This document shows, piece by piece, positions 24,301-31,695 of a stretch of 44,831 nucleotides of DNA (its first letter is position 1; the number at the start of each line of letters is the position of its first letter). The stretch lies in the IMG/VR virus record IMGVR_UViG_3300036940_000089. The stretch is one strand, 5' to 3'. The notes under the pieces are model-generated. The model did no database searches, was not told the origin of the DNA, and worked only from the letters and a program-made list of their open reading frames with translations. Both the position numbers and the translations under genes were made by a program. Origin of the DNA: a virus.

Positions 24301-24466
24301 TTTGAGACACCCCTAGCTTAGATGATAAATTGTAAAGCTCTGCCGCCTCATCGGGGCTACGGTCGGCCTGCTTATACGCCTGTTGCGGGGTTGGCGGCTT
24401 TTCGACCGTTTCCCAATTTTCGTGCTTCTTCTCGGACCATGTGCCGTCTGCGCGCAAAATTTCCAT
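18335..24466 (-). CDS. Giant 2043-aa virion-associated (ejection/polyvalent-type) protein with a zincin HExxH motif
   Basis: Single uninterrupted ORF covering 14% of the genome. HELGH at 21890-21904 (aa 855-859) is followed by EQFARGFEAYL. Gly/Ala-rich hydrophobic stretch at aa 228-270 and hydrophobic segments near the C-terminus. It sits between the internal virion proteins and the tail fibre. No SD before the ATG. Confidence 0.7.
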   Translation of the reverse strand: MEILRADGTWSEKKHENWETVEKPPTPQQAYKQADRSPDEAAELYNLSSKLGVSQKAVKDNLDVARRAANMPDFDKLRDRAPVLVGQTRDAWFMSLAQDDLENLATIEEKTSALKKQQQEAVNAEAVKNIEGLSSSLVPGFVKGTDTYREFISGQAMDRGGVLWEQRRRLILQGKDLPPDQLEYLAKLDAASNYETTDTGLSSFIPAASELVGQMFESMKSPKVMERGLTGAITGAGAGAVAATPTGEIAAPITAPAGALAGAGIGLRVGYFEHAHDVEAGQAFREFRTLQDGEGNQIDDKTAAVAAELVGVANATLETVGFSALAKVIPGLRKVMSNGVKGLVLSNPTIRKAFFDFAKNYAMAWTGEVTTEMAQELTNIVVSGVLQDQGIVQTIKDPATMEQLQQVAAKVGKGMAVLGMAGGGVTLAGDIQAAHKAKTEAEVRKNKMVDVASSAEASRLKERSPEAFAEFMSRVGRKNGVEKIYLQSDRIIETLVDEQGMTQQEVTTWAEQYGVSRTELITALQTGGAVEMDFGKVAAGVGTDQAMTLFQNDLSISAEETTVNAAEADVQAESAANVRIKELYDEEQRRLISPDMVDQIEADLKAQLEDAGVKGDNASYSIMPIIARANVLAKLTGIEAAEHLKRFGITIQRQNFDEFAELHQLGQVQFQQSKKEYVYRFKGETLNEDEWSQWADDQDAISHFGDTAWRVPISRLMPVAEFQELARDAYLADEEKGRLPASVEELSVDDFVAALDPADIVDSADMWDWNRGQFDEWIYENVIEPNEIVGIKTSNGAMLFDNSVAEKVGEDHLYQGGGQGTFFRTDTAPRGAILTGDGKTLITLFESANLSTFLHELGHFFLSDLQHVAETYGVQVEEWKAIKEWLGVDGELTTEQHEQFARGFEAYLREGEAPATGLIGAFRQFKRWLVNIYKTADALQVEINDDIRRVFDRLVATDEEIKQAREMAAQIAVFDEAFLKEAGATPEEVAEYKKTVDGSESEAAEKKDKQRTAKLDERLKEWRKQAKAEVEEVPVYKAMTMLVERGGIDRSSVKRLFGDVKLPNVKGLFKKDGLDIEHAAIEAGYESAREFVKELSKSKTKTQWIEQRVAQLDIEHDAELTTEEAIRTAKARKQMELESKWLARKEAQGRAALTRKALRVWADQTTGGQKVGDAIKVNKLLVASRRLRQQVIKAVKAQDWTKAFDLNEKARLNESLIAAHYRANEAYRKTQARWKRAVKADVAYEYRQQINQLLLRNQMVSRRLNVDEGTPQLGEFLSGITGNLDDITALGVPVFSDWLHNDTRATSEMTWGEIQELDDLLKFLVGRGREVKKALLSDEKTAIADLAAEAVQEAAKMKGKKLAKHDSLRRKLQDVKESYFAGLRIPLWLFRQMDGWANISKKGKAGVNERKLWTPLAKGLDNFYAATEEMGGKITPHLEQLITSWKEHGKEVDTTVPVPDCFKPDNRHWTFEHIIMVALNMGNADNLQRLSAGFTVDGTPMTVEQFAELTSILSEKDWAAVQGIWDSINDLYPQVDKVHLKLNHFRLKKVDAKPITVQTKDGVAVELRGGYFPIRYDGSLSLLAGMWDEMSDLSSRQEAVLQTPSAKSGFTKQRTATGSKLPIKLSMSVLSEHLSDTLRYIHLAPTVRDVDRVTQNKTYQAEAIRVLGPELYKMVRPSLKHMIRPDGMVGTRWEKTIQWAMKRSSAFYMGWNIVTAMKNFGGFFQAQARVGLPTMLRGYGQFIKGPKEAFDNIMKLSPYMRSRYMAYDNDFRRQMMKFKPEKKFFGMSRGDIMAVGYAGIVAADSVSFLPTWLGSYRDGLDKFDGDVEQAVDYADTKIKEIQPSGNALDLSHLQRSTEGLSAIGRLFTPFFGFAGNFGNLQRATWGAWRAGKMSLHEFLFHNFLTGVAQPLVPIIFLAMLRTGEPPEPEEIAKEVIGSSVQGLPIVRDLVEYAMGRGYGDIVSTPALELVNIVGRTGRSTANLLTDPTADDARKVMFGLAEAASFASGVPVSQVYRRMKKGYDQIEEGNGTAANIFLPKRKGE

Positions 24467-24562
24467 TTTTTTATTGCCTGCCGCCGTGATGGTGGTATAT
24501 TTTAAAAACAGTTATTAACAAACAGCTATAAAGGAGGTTTTATGAGATGGGCCTGTCTGATT

Positions 24563-24760
24563 TTGACCTCCTCCCCTCCCTAAAGGAAGGGGATTCCCGG
24601 CATCGCTGTCGGGAGTTTTCTGCTTCAATGAGAGTTGCCAATGTCTCAAACAGACACCGGGCTTACACTCTCTCCACAGACTGTTGCGGCAAGCCCTGCC
24701 GCCAATATGTTCCTGGCCGCGTTTATATCGCGGTCATGGTTGGTTTCGCACTCCGGACAC
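24563..24760 (-). ncRNA. Predicted TnpB omega-RNA (reRNA) scaffold overlapping the tnpB 3' end and the right end of the IS
   Basis: Position follows the known TnpB rule. The minus sense contains CCCGacagcgatgCCGGG and the 8-bp hairpin CCCCTTCC-ttta-GGGAGGGG. The exact 5' and 3' ends were not determined. Confidence 0.4.
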
Positions 24761-25779
24761 GTCCACTGTCTTTTGGAAAGAGGCATGGAGGTTTCTACGT
24801 GGCCGCAGTTCGAGCAGCGCTTGCTCGATGGATACCATCTGTCGATACCTATCAGATCGCGCCCATACCACAGGGCTTTGTACTCAAGCTGTCTTAGAAA
24901 TTCCGACCAGCTTGCGTCTGAAATGGATTTGGACAGATGGCGGTTTTTCTGCATGTTCTTCACCGACAGTGTTTCAACCGCGATAGCTTGGTTCTCGCGT
25001 ATCAGCCTGGTTGAAAGTTTATGCAGAAAATCCCTGCGCGTGTCTGCGATCTTTGCATGTAAACGCGCTACGTTCTTACGTGCCTTGGCGCGGTTGTTTG
25101 AACCTTTTTGTTTCTTGCTCAGGCGGCGCTGCAAAACACCCAGGCGCTTTTCGTATTTGCGCAGGGTCCTGGGTGCTGCGACCTTTTCACCGTTCGACAG
25201 CACCGCAAAATGGCTCAAACCAAGGTCAATACCGACCTTGTTATCTGCAGCAGGTTTTGCTGCTACGCAGTCATCGCACAGAAGCGATACAAAGTACCTG
25301 CCTGCAGGGTCTTTAGAAACAGTGCAGGTTGTCACCTTGGCCGCTTTGGGGATGGTACGTGACCAGCGGATGTTTAGCGGTTCCTTCATCTTTGCCAGAA
25401 AAAGCGCCTTCCCGTCCCAGCGGAACGCGCTGGCAGCGTAGGTTGCGGACTGCCTACCATGCTTGGACTTGAAGGATGGATACTGCGCTCTTTTAGCAAA
25501 GAAGTTGTTAAATGCTGTGTGCAGATGCCGCAACGCCTGTTGGATCGGAACAGATGAAACGTCACCGAGCCATGCGTACTGCGGATCTTTCTTGAGTGCA
25601 GTGAGTAAAGAGGATGTTTCGTGATATCCGATACGCTCCTGGCGCTTAAACCATGCGTCAGTGCGCACGCGCAGCATGTAGTTATATACAAAGCGAGCAC
25701 ACCCGAACGTCTGTGCAAGAACCTTCTCTTGCTCAGGCGTTGGGTAGAATCGAAACTTATATGCTCGCTTGATATCCAT
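24646..25779 (-). CDS. tnpB: TnpB RNA-guided nuclease (IS605 OrfB)
   Basis: N-terminal YKFRFYPTPEQ. RuvC triad contexts VGIDLGLS, IAVETLSV and NHDRDINAARNI. Zinc finger CSNCGH...CPECE. Confidence 0.95.
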   Translation of the reverse strand: MDIKRAYKFRFYPTPEQEKVLAQTFGCARFVYNYMLRVRTDAWFKRQERIGYHETSSLLTALKKDPQYAWLGDVSSVPIQQALRHLHTAFNNFFAKRAQYPSFKSKHGRQSATYAASAFRWDGKALFLAKMKEPLNIRWSRTIPKAAKVTTCTVSKDPAGRYFVSLLCDDCVAAKPAADNKVGIDLGLSHFAVLSNGEKVAAPRTLRKYEKRLGVLQRRLSKKQKGSNNRAKARKNVARLHAKIADTRRDFLHKLSTRLIRENQAIAVETLSVKNMQKNRHLSKSISDASWSEFLRQLEYKALWYGRDLIGIDRWYPSSKRCSNCGHVETSMPLSKRQWTCPECETNHDRDINAARNILAAGLAATVCGESVSPVSV

Positions 25780-26119
25780 GGTTTACATAGTATGATATTT
25801 ATGCGTAAAATACAAGTGGTTGCTTGCGCAAACCCGAAAAACCATGACTGCATTCGCAGTCAGCGCCTTATATCCCGGCCCTGAAGGACCGGGTTTTACG
25901 GCGCGTGTCGATAAACGCCGTGCTATTTGTTTTCCCAATTAGCCTTATCATCCACGGGAAAGATATAGATTTGGCCTTCGCGGTAGCTGCTCTCATCATT
26001 GGCAACACCATGGCACTGACGGAGTTTGACCCTGTGGTGCCACTTAAGTGCGTGCGGCTTTACTTCCATCGTAAAAAACTTGAAGAGGAGGCTAGAATTG
26101 CCGAACTCAAAAAAACATC

Positions 26120-27841
26120 CTAACGGGCTTTCTCGCGCATCTTCTGCCCATCAACGGTCATATAGTAATGGTACCCACCGCGCCGCCCAAGATAAAAGGC
26201 GCTCTGGTCTTCGTCCCAAATGGCATCCGGCCATTCCCCGGCTTTACGGATTTTACTTACTTCGCGTTGGATGTATGTTTGGCGCTGTTCACGCTTATAC
26301 CTAGCCTTGTCTGCTTCTGGCGTTGTCTTGATAACCGCCTGCTCGCCTGCCGTGTAGTCTTCTAAGTCAAGCGTCCCAAAATCCCACGTTGCTTTTTCTA
26401 CGTCTGGCTGTGCGAGCTCAGTGCCCATTTTCACGATTTCGTTATATGACGGGTTGCGCTTGTGGACGCTACGGAATTCTAAAACGTCCTGATACAAGAC
26501 CTTCATAAACCGCGCCTTGTCCTGGTCGTCTTTGAATATATCGCGAAGATCTCCCTTCAGTGTTTCCACCGCCTTACCTAGGCTCGGAACATCGCGCACG
26601 ATCTCCACTTCGGCCATAAGGCTTTTAGCGTCGGATGGGTCAAGTTGCCCATCGTTCGCCGCTCGCATTAAATCAAGCTCTTGCCATTCGCCAGCCAATA
26701 CTTTCTCGTAAGCAGAAAACCAGAGGTTAAGCCGGTCGACCTTATCTGCGCCTTTACCGCTGGCTGAACGTTTAAGCCAGCTTTTCACCTGAAGCTTTTG
26801 GTTCGGATCGAGCCCCACGTCTCTATCAATAGCTGCAATAGATATATTTTCACCGGCGTTGAAGATGCGGTTGTAATACTGTTCCAGCCGTTCGAACTGT
26901 TTTTCATTGTCGATTTTATCCTGCACTGCGTGTTTGTGCGTCAGGTTTGAAACAACCGCGCCCCTTACCTCGTCGTCTTTAATGTCTTGGGCCAGCTCAA
27001 GTTGCAATGCTGGCGTTTCGGCCATAGATTCAATGCGGTCGGTTTCCTTGTCGGCCTCAAACGGAACACGCTCCTTTTCGGCCAATTCCGTAAGCGCCAC
27101 AAGGTCAGAGGGGGCAAGAATTTTCTTCACCTTGTCGTCCGCTAAAAGCTCCATGGCTCGGGTTGGATCCTCGTGCAACAAGGTGTTTAGTGCCGTCTTG
27201 GTGATTTCCGCTGCTGCGGACCGCTTGCCGCTTTTTACCGCTCGGGCGTCCCCGGTCGGTCCGACGATGAACTCTATCTGCTCATCCATATTTGCAATAG
27301 CAGTGTTGATTTCTTCTATCCCACCGCCTGCCTGCAAGTCGGAAGCAAGTTGTTTTTCTGCAACATCCTGCGTGTCTTGCAGGGTCTGTCTGCGCCATTC
27401 CTGAATTTGCGTAGATTCCCAAGCCGCGAAGTTGCGCCGGTATGAGTTCTCTACATATCCAAGGTGCTCAATGGCCTTGTCGCGGTATCTCTTATTGACA
27501 CCGTGCTTTGATAACAGCTCGTCTTTCCACTTGCGCGAGTTGTCGTTATAGTTCTGATAGACCCCTTTAAATCCGGTCTGCTCGTTCGCAAGTGCGGCCT
27601 GTCCTTGACGTTCCTGTTTAGTCTTTTCCCACTCTTCAAGGGATCTCTGCTGGAACTCGTTTTTTGCCGCGAGGATGGCCGTGCGCTGTTCGCGTTCTTC
27701 CTTCTGCTGCGCGAACTGCATCAACGTGTTGCCGAAGCTTTCCACGGTTCCGGCGACGGCTTCCCCTGCGTCGTTCCGCTTGTATGCGCCCACCGAAGAA
27801 GGAAGGGCGACGCTGCTTTCATAGGTTGGTATTCTAGGCAC
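26120..27841 (-). CDS. Internal virion / structural protein (573 aa), function unknown
   Basis: Located in the virion module. GTG 27841 lies 7 nt after AGGAGG. Helical, charged sequence with no catalytic motif seen. Confidence 0.55.
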   Translation of the reverse strand: MPRIPTYESSVALPSSVGAYKRNDAGEAVAGTVESFGNTLMQFAQQKEEREQRTAILAAKNEFQQRSLEEWEKTKQERQGQAALANEQTGFKGVYQNYNDNSRKWKDELLSKHGVNKRYRDKAIEHLGYVENSYRRNFAAWESTQIQEWRRQTLQDTQDVAEKQLASDLQAGGGIEEINTAIANMDEQIEFIVGPTGDARAVKSGKRSAAAEITKTALNTLLHEDPTRAMELLADDKVKKILAPSDLVALTELAEKERVPFEADKETDRIESMAETPALQLELAQDIKDDEVRGAVVSNLTHKHAVQDKIDNEKQFERLEQYYNRIFNAGENISIAAIDRDVGLDPNQKLQVKSWLKRSASGKGADKVDRLNLWFSAYEKVLAGEWQELDLMRAANDGQLDPSDAKSLMAEVEIVRDVPSLGKAVETLKGDLRDIFKDDQDKARFMKVLYQDVLEFRSVHKRNPSYNEIVKMGTELAQPDVEKATWDFGTLDLEDYTAGEQAVIKTTPEADKARYKREQRQTYIQREVSKIRKAGEWPDAIWDEDQSAFYLGRRGGYHYYMTVDGQKMREKAR

Positions 27842-27843
27842 GA

Positions 27844-28275
27844 TTACGCCTCCTGCTGATAGGCATTATAGGACAGCACAGAAGACCCGACCTCCCCGAC
27901 CGTTGAAACAACCGCTCCGGTAGCCTTGCTGCTGTAGTTCCGCGCCGCTACCTTGGCCTTGTTCGCCTGCGCCTCGCCTCCAACCATAATGGCCGTCATG
28001 TCTTCTGCCGATTCCTGCAAAGTCGAAGCAAACACGTCCTGCACACTGCCAGACATAAGAGAAACGCCAGCCTTAGCGTATCCTACACGCTGCTTGCCCA
28101 TCAGCTTTTGCGTGCGCTCAAATTGCCGTCTTGCCTCAACCGCCGCTTTCTTGCGCTGGTACTCGGCTTCGTTCTCGGCTACTTTTTCGTTGAATTTGGC
28201 CGTTTGATAAGAGGTGTAGCCGCCGTAAGCCGCAGCCGCCACGGTTACAGCCAATGCCGTCGCCGCAAGTCCCAT
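27844..28275 (-). CDS. Internal virion protein with an N-terminal TM segment (143 aa)
   Basis: MGLAATALAVTVAAAAYGGY... then an Ala/Lys/Gln-rich helix. ATG 28275 overlaps the upstream TAA (TAATG). Confidence 0.55.
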   Translation of the reverse strand: MGLAATALAVTVAAAAYGGYTSYQTAKFNEKVAENEAEYQRKKAAVEARRQFERTQKLMGKQRVGYAKAGVSLMSGSVQDVFASTLQESAEDMTAIMVGGEAQANKAKVAARNYSSKATGAVVSTVGEVGSSVLSYNAYQQEA

Positions 28276-28733
28276 TACCAAACCTTCCCCAGCATGTAGG
28301 CATCAACCTTGTCGACCTCATGCTGTTTCATAATACCCTCAACCTCAAACCCAAGTTTTTGCAACCACTTGGCACCGTGCGGGTGGTCGGCTCTCACATG
28401 GGCCTCAAGCCTGTGCAGCCCTATAGCCTCTTGCGCGGATTCAAGCCCTCGCACACACGCCTTCCAAAACTCTTTCGGCATGCACTCAACAGCCGTTCCT
28501 GTCCATGCGCTGCACTGCGCCACCCCGGGCCACTTCTGCAAAAACACCCATATGGCGACCACTTCGTCCTCGCACATAAAGCTGTTGATAATGGCGCATT
28601 TCTCAAGCTTGCCAAACAGTCTGTGCATGCTCCCGAAGCCGCCATGCAGCCTGACAACCATAGCATCATGCTCACGCAACTTTGGCAAAAGCTGTTCCAG
28701 GTGTTCCATTTCGAACGGCACCACTTTAATCAT
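28275..28733 (-). CDS. GNAT-like acetyltransferase-fold protein inside the virion module (152 aa)
   Basis: The C-terminal half AIGLHRLEAHVRADHPHGAKWLQKLGFEVEGIMKQH resembles the GNAT beta4-alpha3/beta5 region. ATG 28733 overlaps the upstream stop (ATGA). The fold call is motif-level only. Confidence 0.5.
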   Translation of the reverse strand: MIKVVPFEMEHLEQLLPKLREHDAMVVRLHGGFGSMHRLFGKLEKCAIINSFMCEDEVVAIWVFLQKWPGVAQCSAWTGTAVECMPKEFWKACVRGLESAQEAIGLHRLEAHVRADHPHGAKWLQKLGFEVEGIMKQHEVDKVDAYMLGKVW

Positions 28734-30853
28734 CGTTGCCAAACCTCATAGTTGACCACCAAGGCGTTTATCGTGACGGGCAACGGCATATCACGCCGCA
28801 AATAAACGCGCTTGTCACTGCTATAAGCCCCCTCAATAAAGATGGACTTTTCGCCACTAAACGGTTCGGGTGCTTCTCCGAACGTTATATTTTCGTTGAA
28901 AATGATTTCGTCAAGGTTGTTGTAGTCAGGGCCAGCCTTAAGGCCGTAAGAGTCTGACAGCCTAACGGCTACATATGGAAGAGATTTTACGCGTCCAATG
29001 CTTGCGCCATCGTTCAACGGTTCTTCAATGGGCAGAGTTTCCAAGTCAGACACATAATGCAGCCCAACAGCCACCTTGCTGGCGGCATAGTCAAGCTCTA
29101 TCTGCCCGCTAGATACCGTTTTGTTTGATACGATGATGCCATCGGCCAACACGTCAACGTCTTCGCCTTCCAAATGGTCAAGACCCGTAATGGTTGTCGT
29201 GGCAACGCCATCATATAGCACGCCGCAATCGACAAGGTACGCATCGGCAAGATCGTCAGAGTTGAACTCATCGGCCATGTATTCGACATACTTCACAGTG
29301 CTGCCGTCAATGGTGCGCTCAACGATGAAATACGGGATATCCCTATCTCCTCCGTTGACACAGGTAACGCTCTTCACGCTCCCTCCGGTCGTGTGCCGGT
29401 GCCACCCGACAACCTTGTCGTCCCGCTTGTAGGTCAATGCCATCAGGGTTCCGTCAGAACGCACGCACCACACGATGGAGCTTGACCGCTGGATATCAAT
29501 ATCAACAATGGTATTGCTGCGAAGCAAGTGCTCTGCAAGAAGCGTCAGGTCCGGAGAACGGTAAGAGTCGTCGTCGTACAAATATGCGAATTCATGCAGG
29601 GCTTTACCGTCTCGCGCCACGAACAACACGGCATTGCCAACCTGTAAAGCCTGGATGTTCGCCCCGCCAACCGTGGTGTGCCGCCTCGCAAGGATCGCAG
29701 ACGGCGTAATAGGCTCGTCCTGCCCCCCGCCGTTCATGAGCCATTCGCCGCCCGTGGTGCCGACGGCAAGCCCACCGCGAGCCGTGGTGAGCCACTTGAT
29801 TTGGTTGACCTCGTTGGAGAGCGTTTTAAACGAGCACGCGTCCGAGTCCGTCACTTCGGCCTGCACCCTGAAGCTTGACAGGGCATCGGTTTCTGACAAA
29901 TCGATATCGCTGTCGTTCGCCACAACAAGACGCGCTTCGTGCAGCGCGCCAACGGCTGGATATCCGGTCGTGTCGCTGTATTTACCGAGTTTCCATTGGG
30001 TGGTTGCCGAGGTCGGGAAACTACCAACCACAACCGTCACAGTGCAGTTCGTTGAGTCGGCAACATCGGTTATCTCGCCCCACTTCCATGCAGCCGAGTT
30101 GTAAATACGAACCAGCCGCCCGACATCGGTTGACAAAAACCCCTGCCCGTCATTAATGCCGTCTGCGGCGCTAGCCGTTACCGTAACGCTGCCAGTCCCC
30201 GCGGATGCGACTAAGGTTGTCGTGGTGCTGTTTAATGGTAAATACGGACCGTCAAGAAAGACCTCGTTGACAAACAACCATTCGGCCTCTCCGTACCGCT
30301 CCAACCTTTTGGTTGGATAGTCGGGGTGAAAGAACCACATAACGTCTGCGCTTTGCGTAATATGCAGATCGAACAGTTCGTCTTCCTGGTACGGGGTTGG
30401 GATTTCAAACACATCGCCGCTAAGCGGATACCACCAATCGGTTTCCGTTGAAGGGTTGTAGTTCAGGTTCGCGTCAGACAGCGAGTAATAATTAACGCCG
30501 CTATAAGATACCAAGGCTCCATGAGCATACGTGGTACCGCTATCCCATGCGTCCAAAGTCCCAACGGTCAACAGTGATCCGTCACGGCCAAGCCTGATAT
30601 ATTCCGGTCCAATTTCCAGAACATAGGAAATATCAGCAGAATACTCGAACGGCAAAAGCCGCTGTACTTTCGTAGCATCCTTTACGGGCCACCCGTAAAA
30701 CGTTCCCGGTCTTGTCGTTGCCCCGCCGTGCGGATGAAGGATGAAGTTTTCAAGACGGGCGAGAGAGTTCTTGTATTGCGGAAGGTCCACGCGCCCGAAT
30801 AGTCGTTCGGAGATTTCCCCGCCTGTGAAGGATGTTTGCCAACGCCAGATCAT
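28730..30853 (-). CDS. Tail tubular protein B / nozzle-like protein (707 aa)
   Basis: N-terminus MIWRWQTSFTGGEISERLFGRVDLPQYKNSLARLENFILHPHGGATTRPG is typical of podovirus nozzle or stabilisation proteins. It follows the adaptor-like gene with an ATGA overlap. Confidence 0.6.
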   Translation of the reverse strand: MIWRWQTSFTGGEISERLFGRVDLPQYKNSLARLENFILHPHGGATTRPGTFYGWPVKDATKVQRLLPFEYSADISYVLEIGPEYIRLGRDGSLLTVGTLDAWDSGTTYAHGALVSYSGVNYYSLSDANLNYNPSTETDWWYPLSGDVFEIPTPYQEDELFDLHITQSADVMWFFHPDYPTKRLERYGEAEWLFVNEVFLDGPYLPLNSTTTTLVASAGTGSVTVTASAADGINDGQGFLSTDVGRLVRIYNSAAWKWGEITDVADSTNCTVTVVVGSFPTSATTQWKLGKYSDTTGYPAVGALHEARLVVANDSDIDLSETDALSSFRVQAEVTDSDACSFKTLSNEVNQIKWLTTARGGLAVGTTGGEWLMNGGGQDEPITPSAILARRHTTVGGANIQALQVGNAVLFVARDGKALHEFAYLYDDDSYRSPDLTLLAEHLLRSNTIVDIDIQRSSSIVWCVRSDGTLMALTYKRDDKVVGWHRHTTGGSVKSVTCVNGGDRDIPYFIVERTIDGSTVKYVEYMADEFNSDDLADAYLVDCGVLYDGVATTTITGLDHLEGEDVDVLADGIIVSNKTVSSGQIELDYAASKVAVGLHYVSDLETLPIEEPLNDGASIGRVKSLPYVAVRLSDSYGLKAGPDYNNLDEIIFNENITFGEAPEPFSGEKSIFIEGAYSSDKRVYLRRDMPLPVTINALVVNYEVWQR

Positions 30854-31461
30854 GTTCTCTCGCTAACGTAGGAGGTTGATTGGTACGGTTCTGTTCGGTC
30901 GGTTTGCGCGTTCAGGGTCTTCATCCGCGCCATGCGGGCATCGTACACGCCTCTAAGAGCGTCAGCCATTTTGTAGCTTTTGGCGACGATCATAGCGAGG
31001 TCAACAGACATCCTTGCGGCGAAGGCCTGCACAAACGATGGTGAAAACTTCGATGGGTCCTCGACACTGGCAATATAGAGGATTTTTACCTCTTCCTCGT
31101 CTGTCAAAAGCTTTTCGCCCTCAACCTCCCACGTTTTCCCAAATGTCGCCACCTGCACACTCTGCGCTGTCGATTGGTCGAGCATGGCATATTCGTCGTC
31201 CTGCATTTCGAGCACTCGCAGGCAATCGGACGGCAAAGCGTAGGCATACAGGTAGCCGTATCCCGGGGTTTCATCAAGCCGCGCCAAAATCGCCCTGCGC
31301 TTGCAGAACGTCCAAGCGTGCGCCTCCTGAATCTCGTCTCGCAACAGGCTATATATGGCCTTACACGCTCTTCCTTCTGCGCTGGCATCATCCATGGTTG
31401 CAATTCTGCCGCCGCCCATCATGCCTAATGCTAGATTGCAAATTTGTACGTCACTGGCCAT
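30850..31461 (-). CDS. Tail tubular protein A / adaptor-like protein (203 aa)
   Basis: ICNLALGMMGGGRIATMDDASAEGRACKAIYSLLRDEIQEAHAWTF is a widespread podovirus gp11-like N-terminal pattern. The position between the capsid genes and the nozzle gene fits. Confidence 0.55.
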   Translation of the reverse strand: MASDVQICNLALGMMGGGRIATMDDASAEGRACKAIYSLLRDEIQEAHAWTFCKRRAILARLDETPGYGYLYAYALPSDCLRVLEMQDDEYAMLDQSTAQSVQVATFGKTWEVEGEKLLTDEEEVKILYIASVEDPSKFSPSFVQAFAARMSVDLAMIVAKSYKMADALRGVYDARMARMKTLNAQTDRTEPYQSTSYVSERT

Positions 31462-31469
31462 GTATCACC

Positions 31470-31494
31470 GAAAAGGGGAGGCCGAAGCCTCCCC
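31470..31494 (-). terminator. Strong rho-independent terminator after the capsid gene block
   Basis: The minus sense reads GGGGAGGC-ttcg-GCCTCCCC followed by TTTTC. The hairpin has 8 G/C-rich pairs and a UUCG tetraloop. Confidence 0.75.
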
Positions 31495-31502
31495 ATTGTG
31501 GG

Positions 31503-31685
31503 TTAACGGATGCCGTCACCAAGGTCTGTCAGGGTTTCCGGCTGTTTGTCTGGCTTATTTTCCTTCTTCTTGGTTTTGGCGGGTTCGCAACATGCGGGGC
31601 ACTTCTTGCCGAGGATGTCGAACTCTTCTCCCGGCCTGCGACGCGCCCCGCCGATAAAGCACATTACCTTAGCTCTTACGCGCAT
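31503..31685 (-). CDS. Small basic hypothetical protein (60 aa)
   Basis: ATG 31685 follows AAGGGGTGACAT. Located between the cement-protein gene and the capsid-block terminator. Confidence 0.5.
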   Translation of the reverse strand: MRVRAKVMCFIGGARRRPGEEFDILGKKCPACCEPAKTKKKENKPDKQPETLTDLGDGIR

Positions 31686-31695
31686 ATGTCACCCC

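Larger units (their letters stand above)
24563..25910 (-). mobile_element. IS200/IS605-family element carrying only tnpB (IS1341-like, no tnpA), about 1.35 kb
   Basis: tnpB is flanked by two subterminal hairpins of the same design, each with a T.G pair at the same stem position: CCCGGTCC-ttca-GGGCCGGG at 25874-25893 and CCCCTTCC-ttta-GGGAGGGG at 24573-24592. Boundaries are estimated by analogy to IS608 spacing (left flank TTTAT, right end ...GGTCAA). Confidence 0.6.

Noticed and set aside
24529-24897. Plus-strand ORF (116 aa) with a perfect AAAGGAGG SD at 24529-24536 and ATG codons at 24542 and 24547
   Set aside because: It runs antisense through the IS right end and the tnpB 3' region. The protein is low-complexity and Cys/Arg-rich with no motif. 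The SD-like string is more simply the complement of a CCUCC tract in the leftward transcript.
25905-26123. Small ORFs in the spacer between the 573-aa virion gene and the IS left end: a plus-strand 72-aa hydrophobic ORF, or a minus-strand 50-aa ORF (MEVKPHALKWHHRVKLRQCHG...) starting at ATG 26070
   Set aside because: Neither has an SD, and they overlap each other on opposite strands. I cannot decide between them or non-coding DNA from sequence alone, so I left them unannotated.
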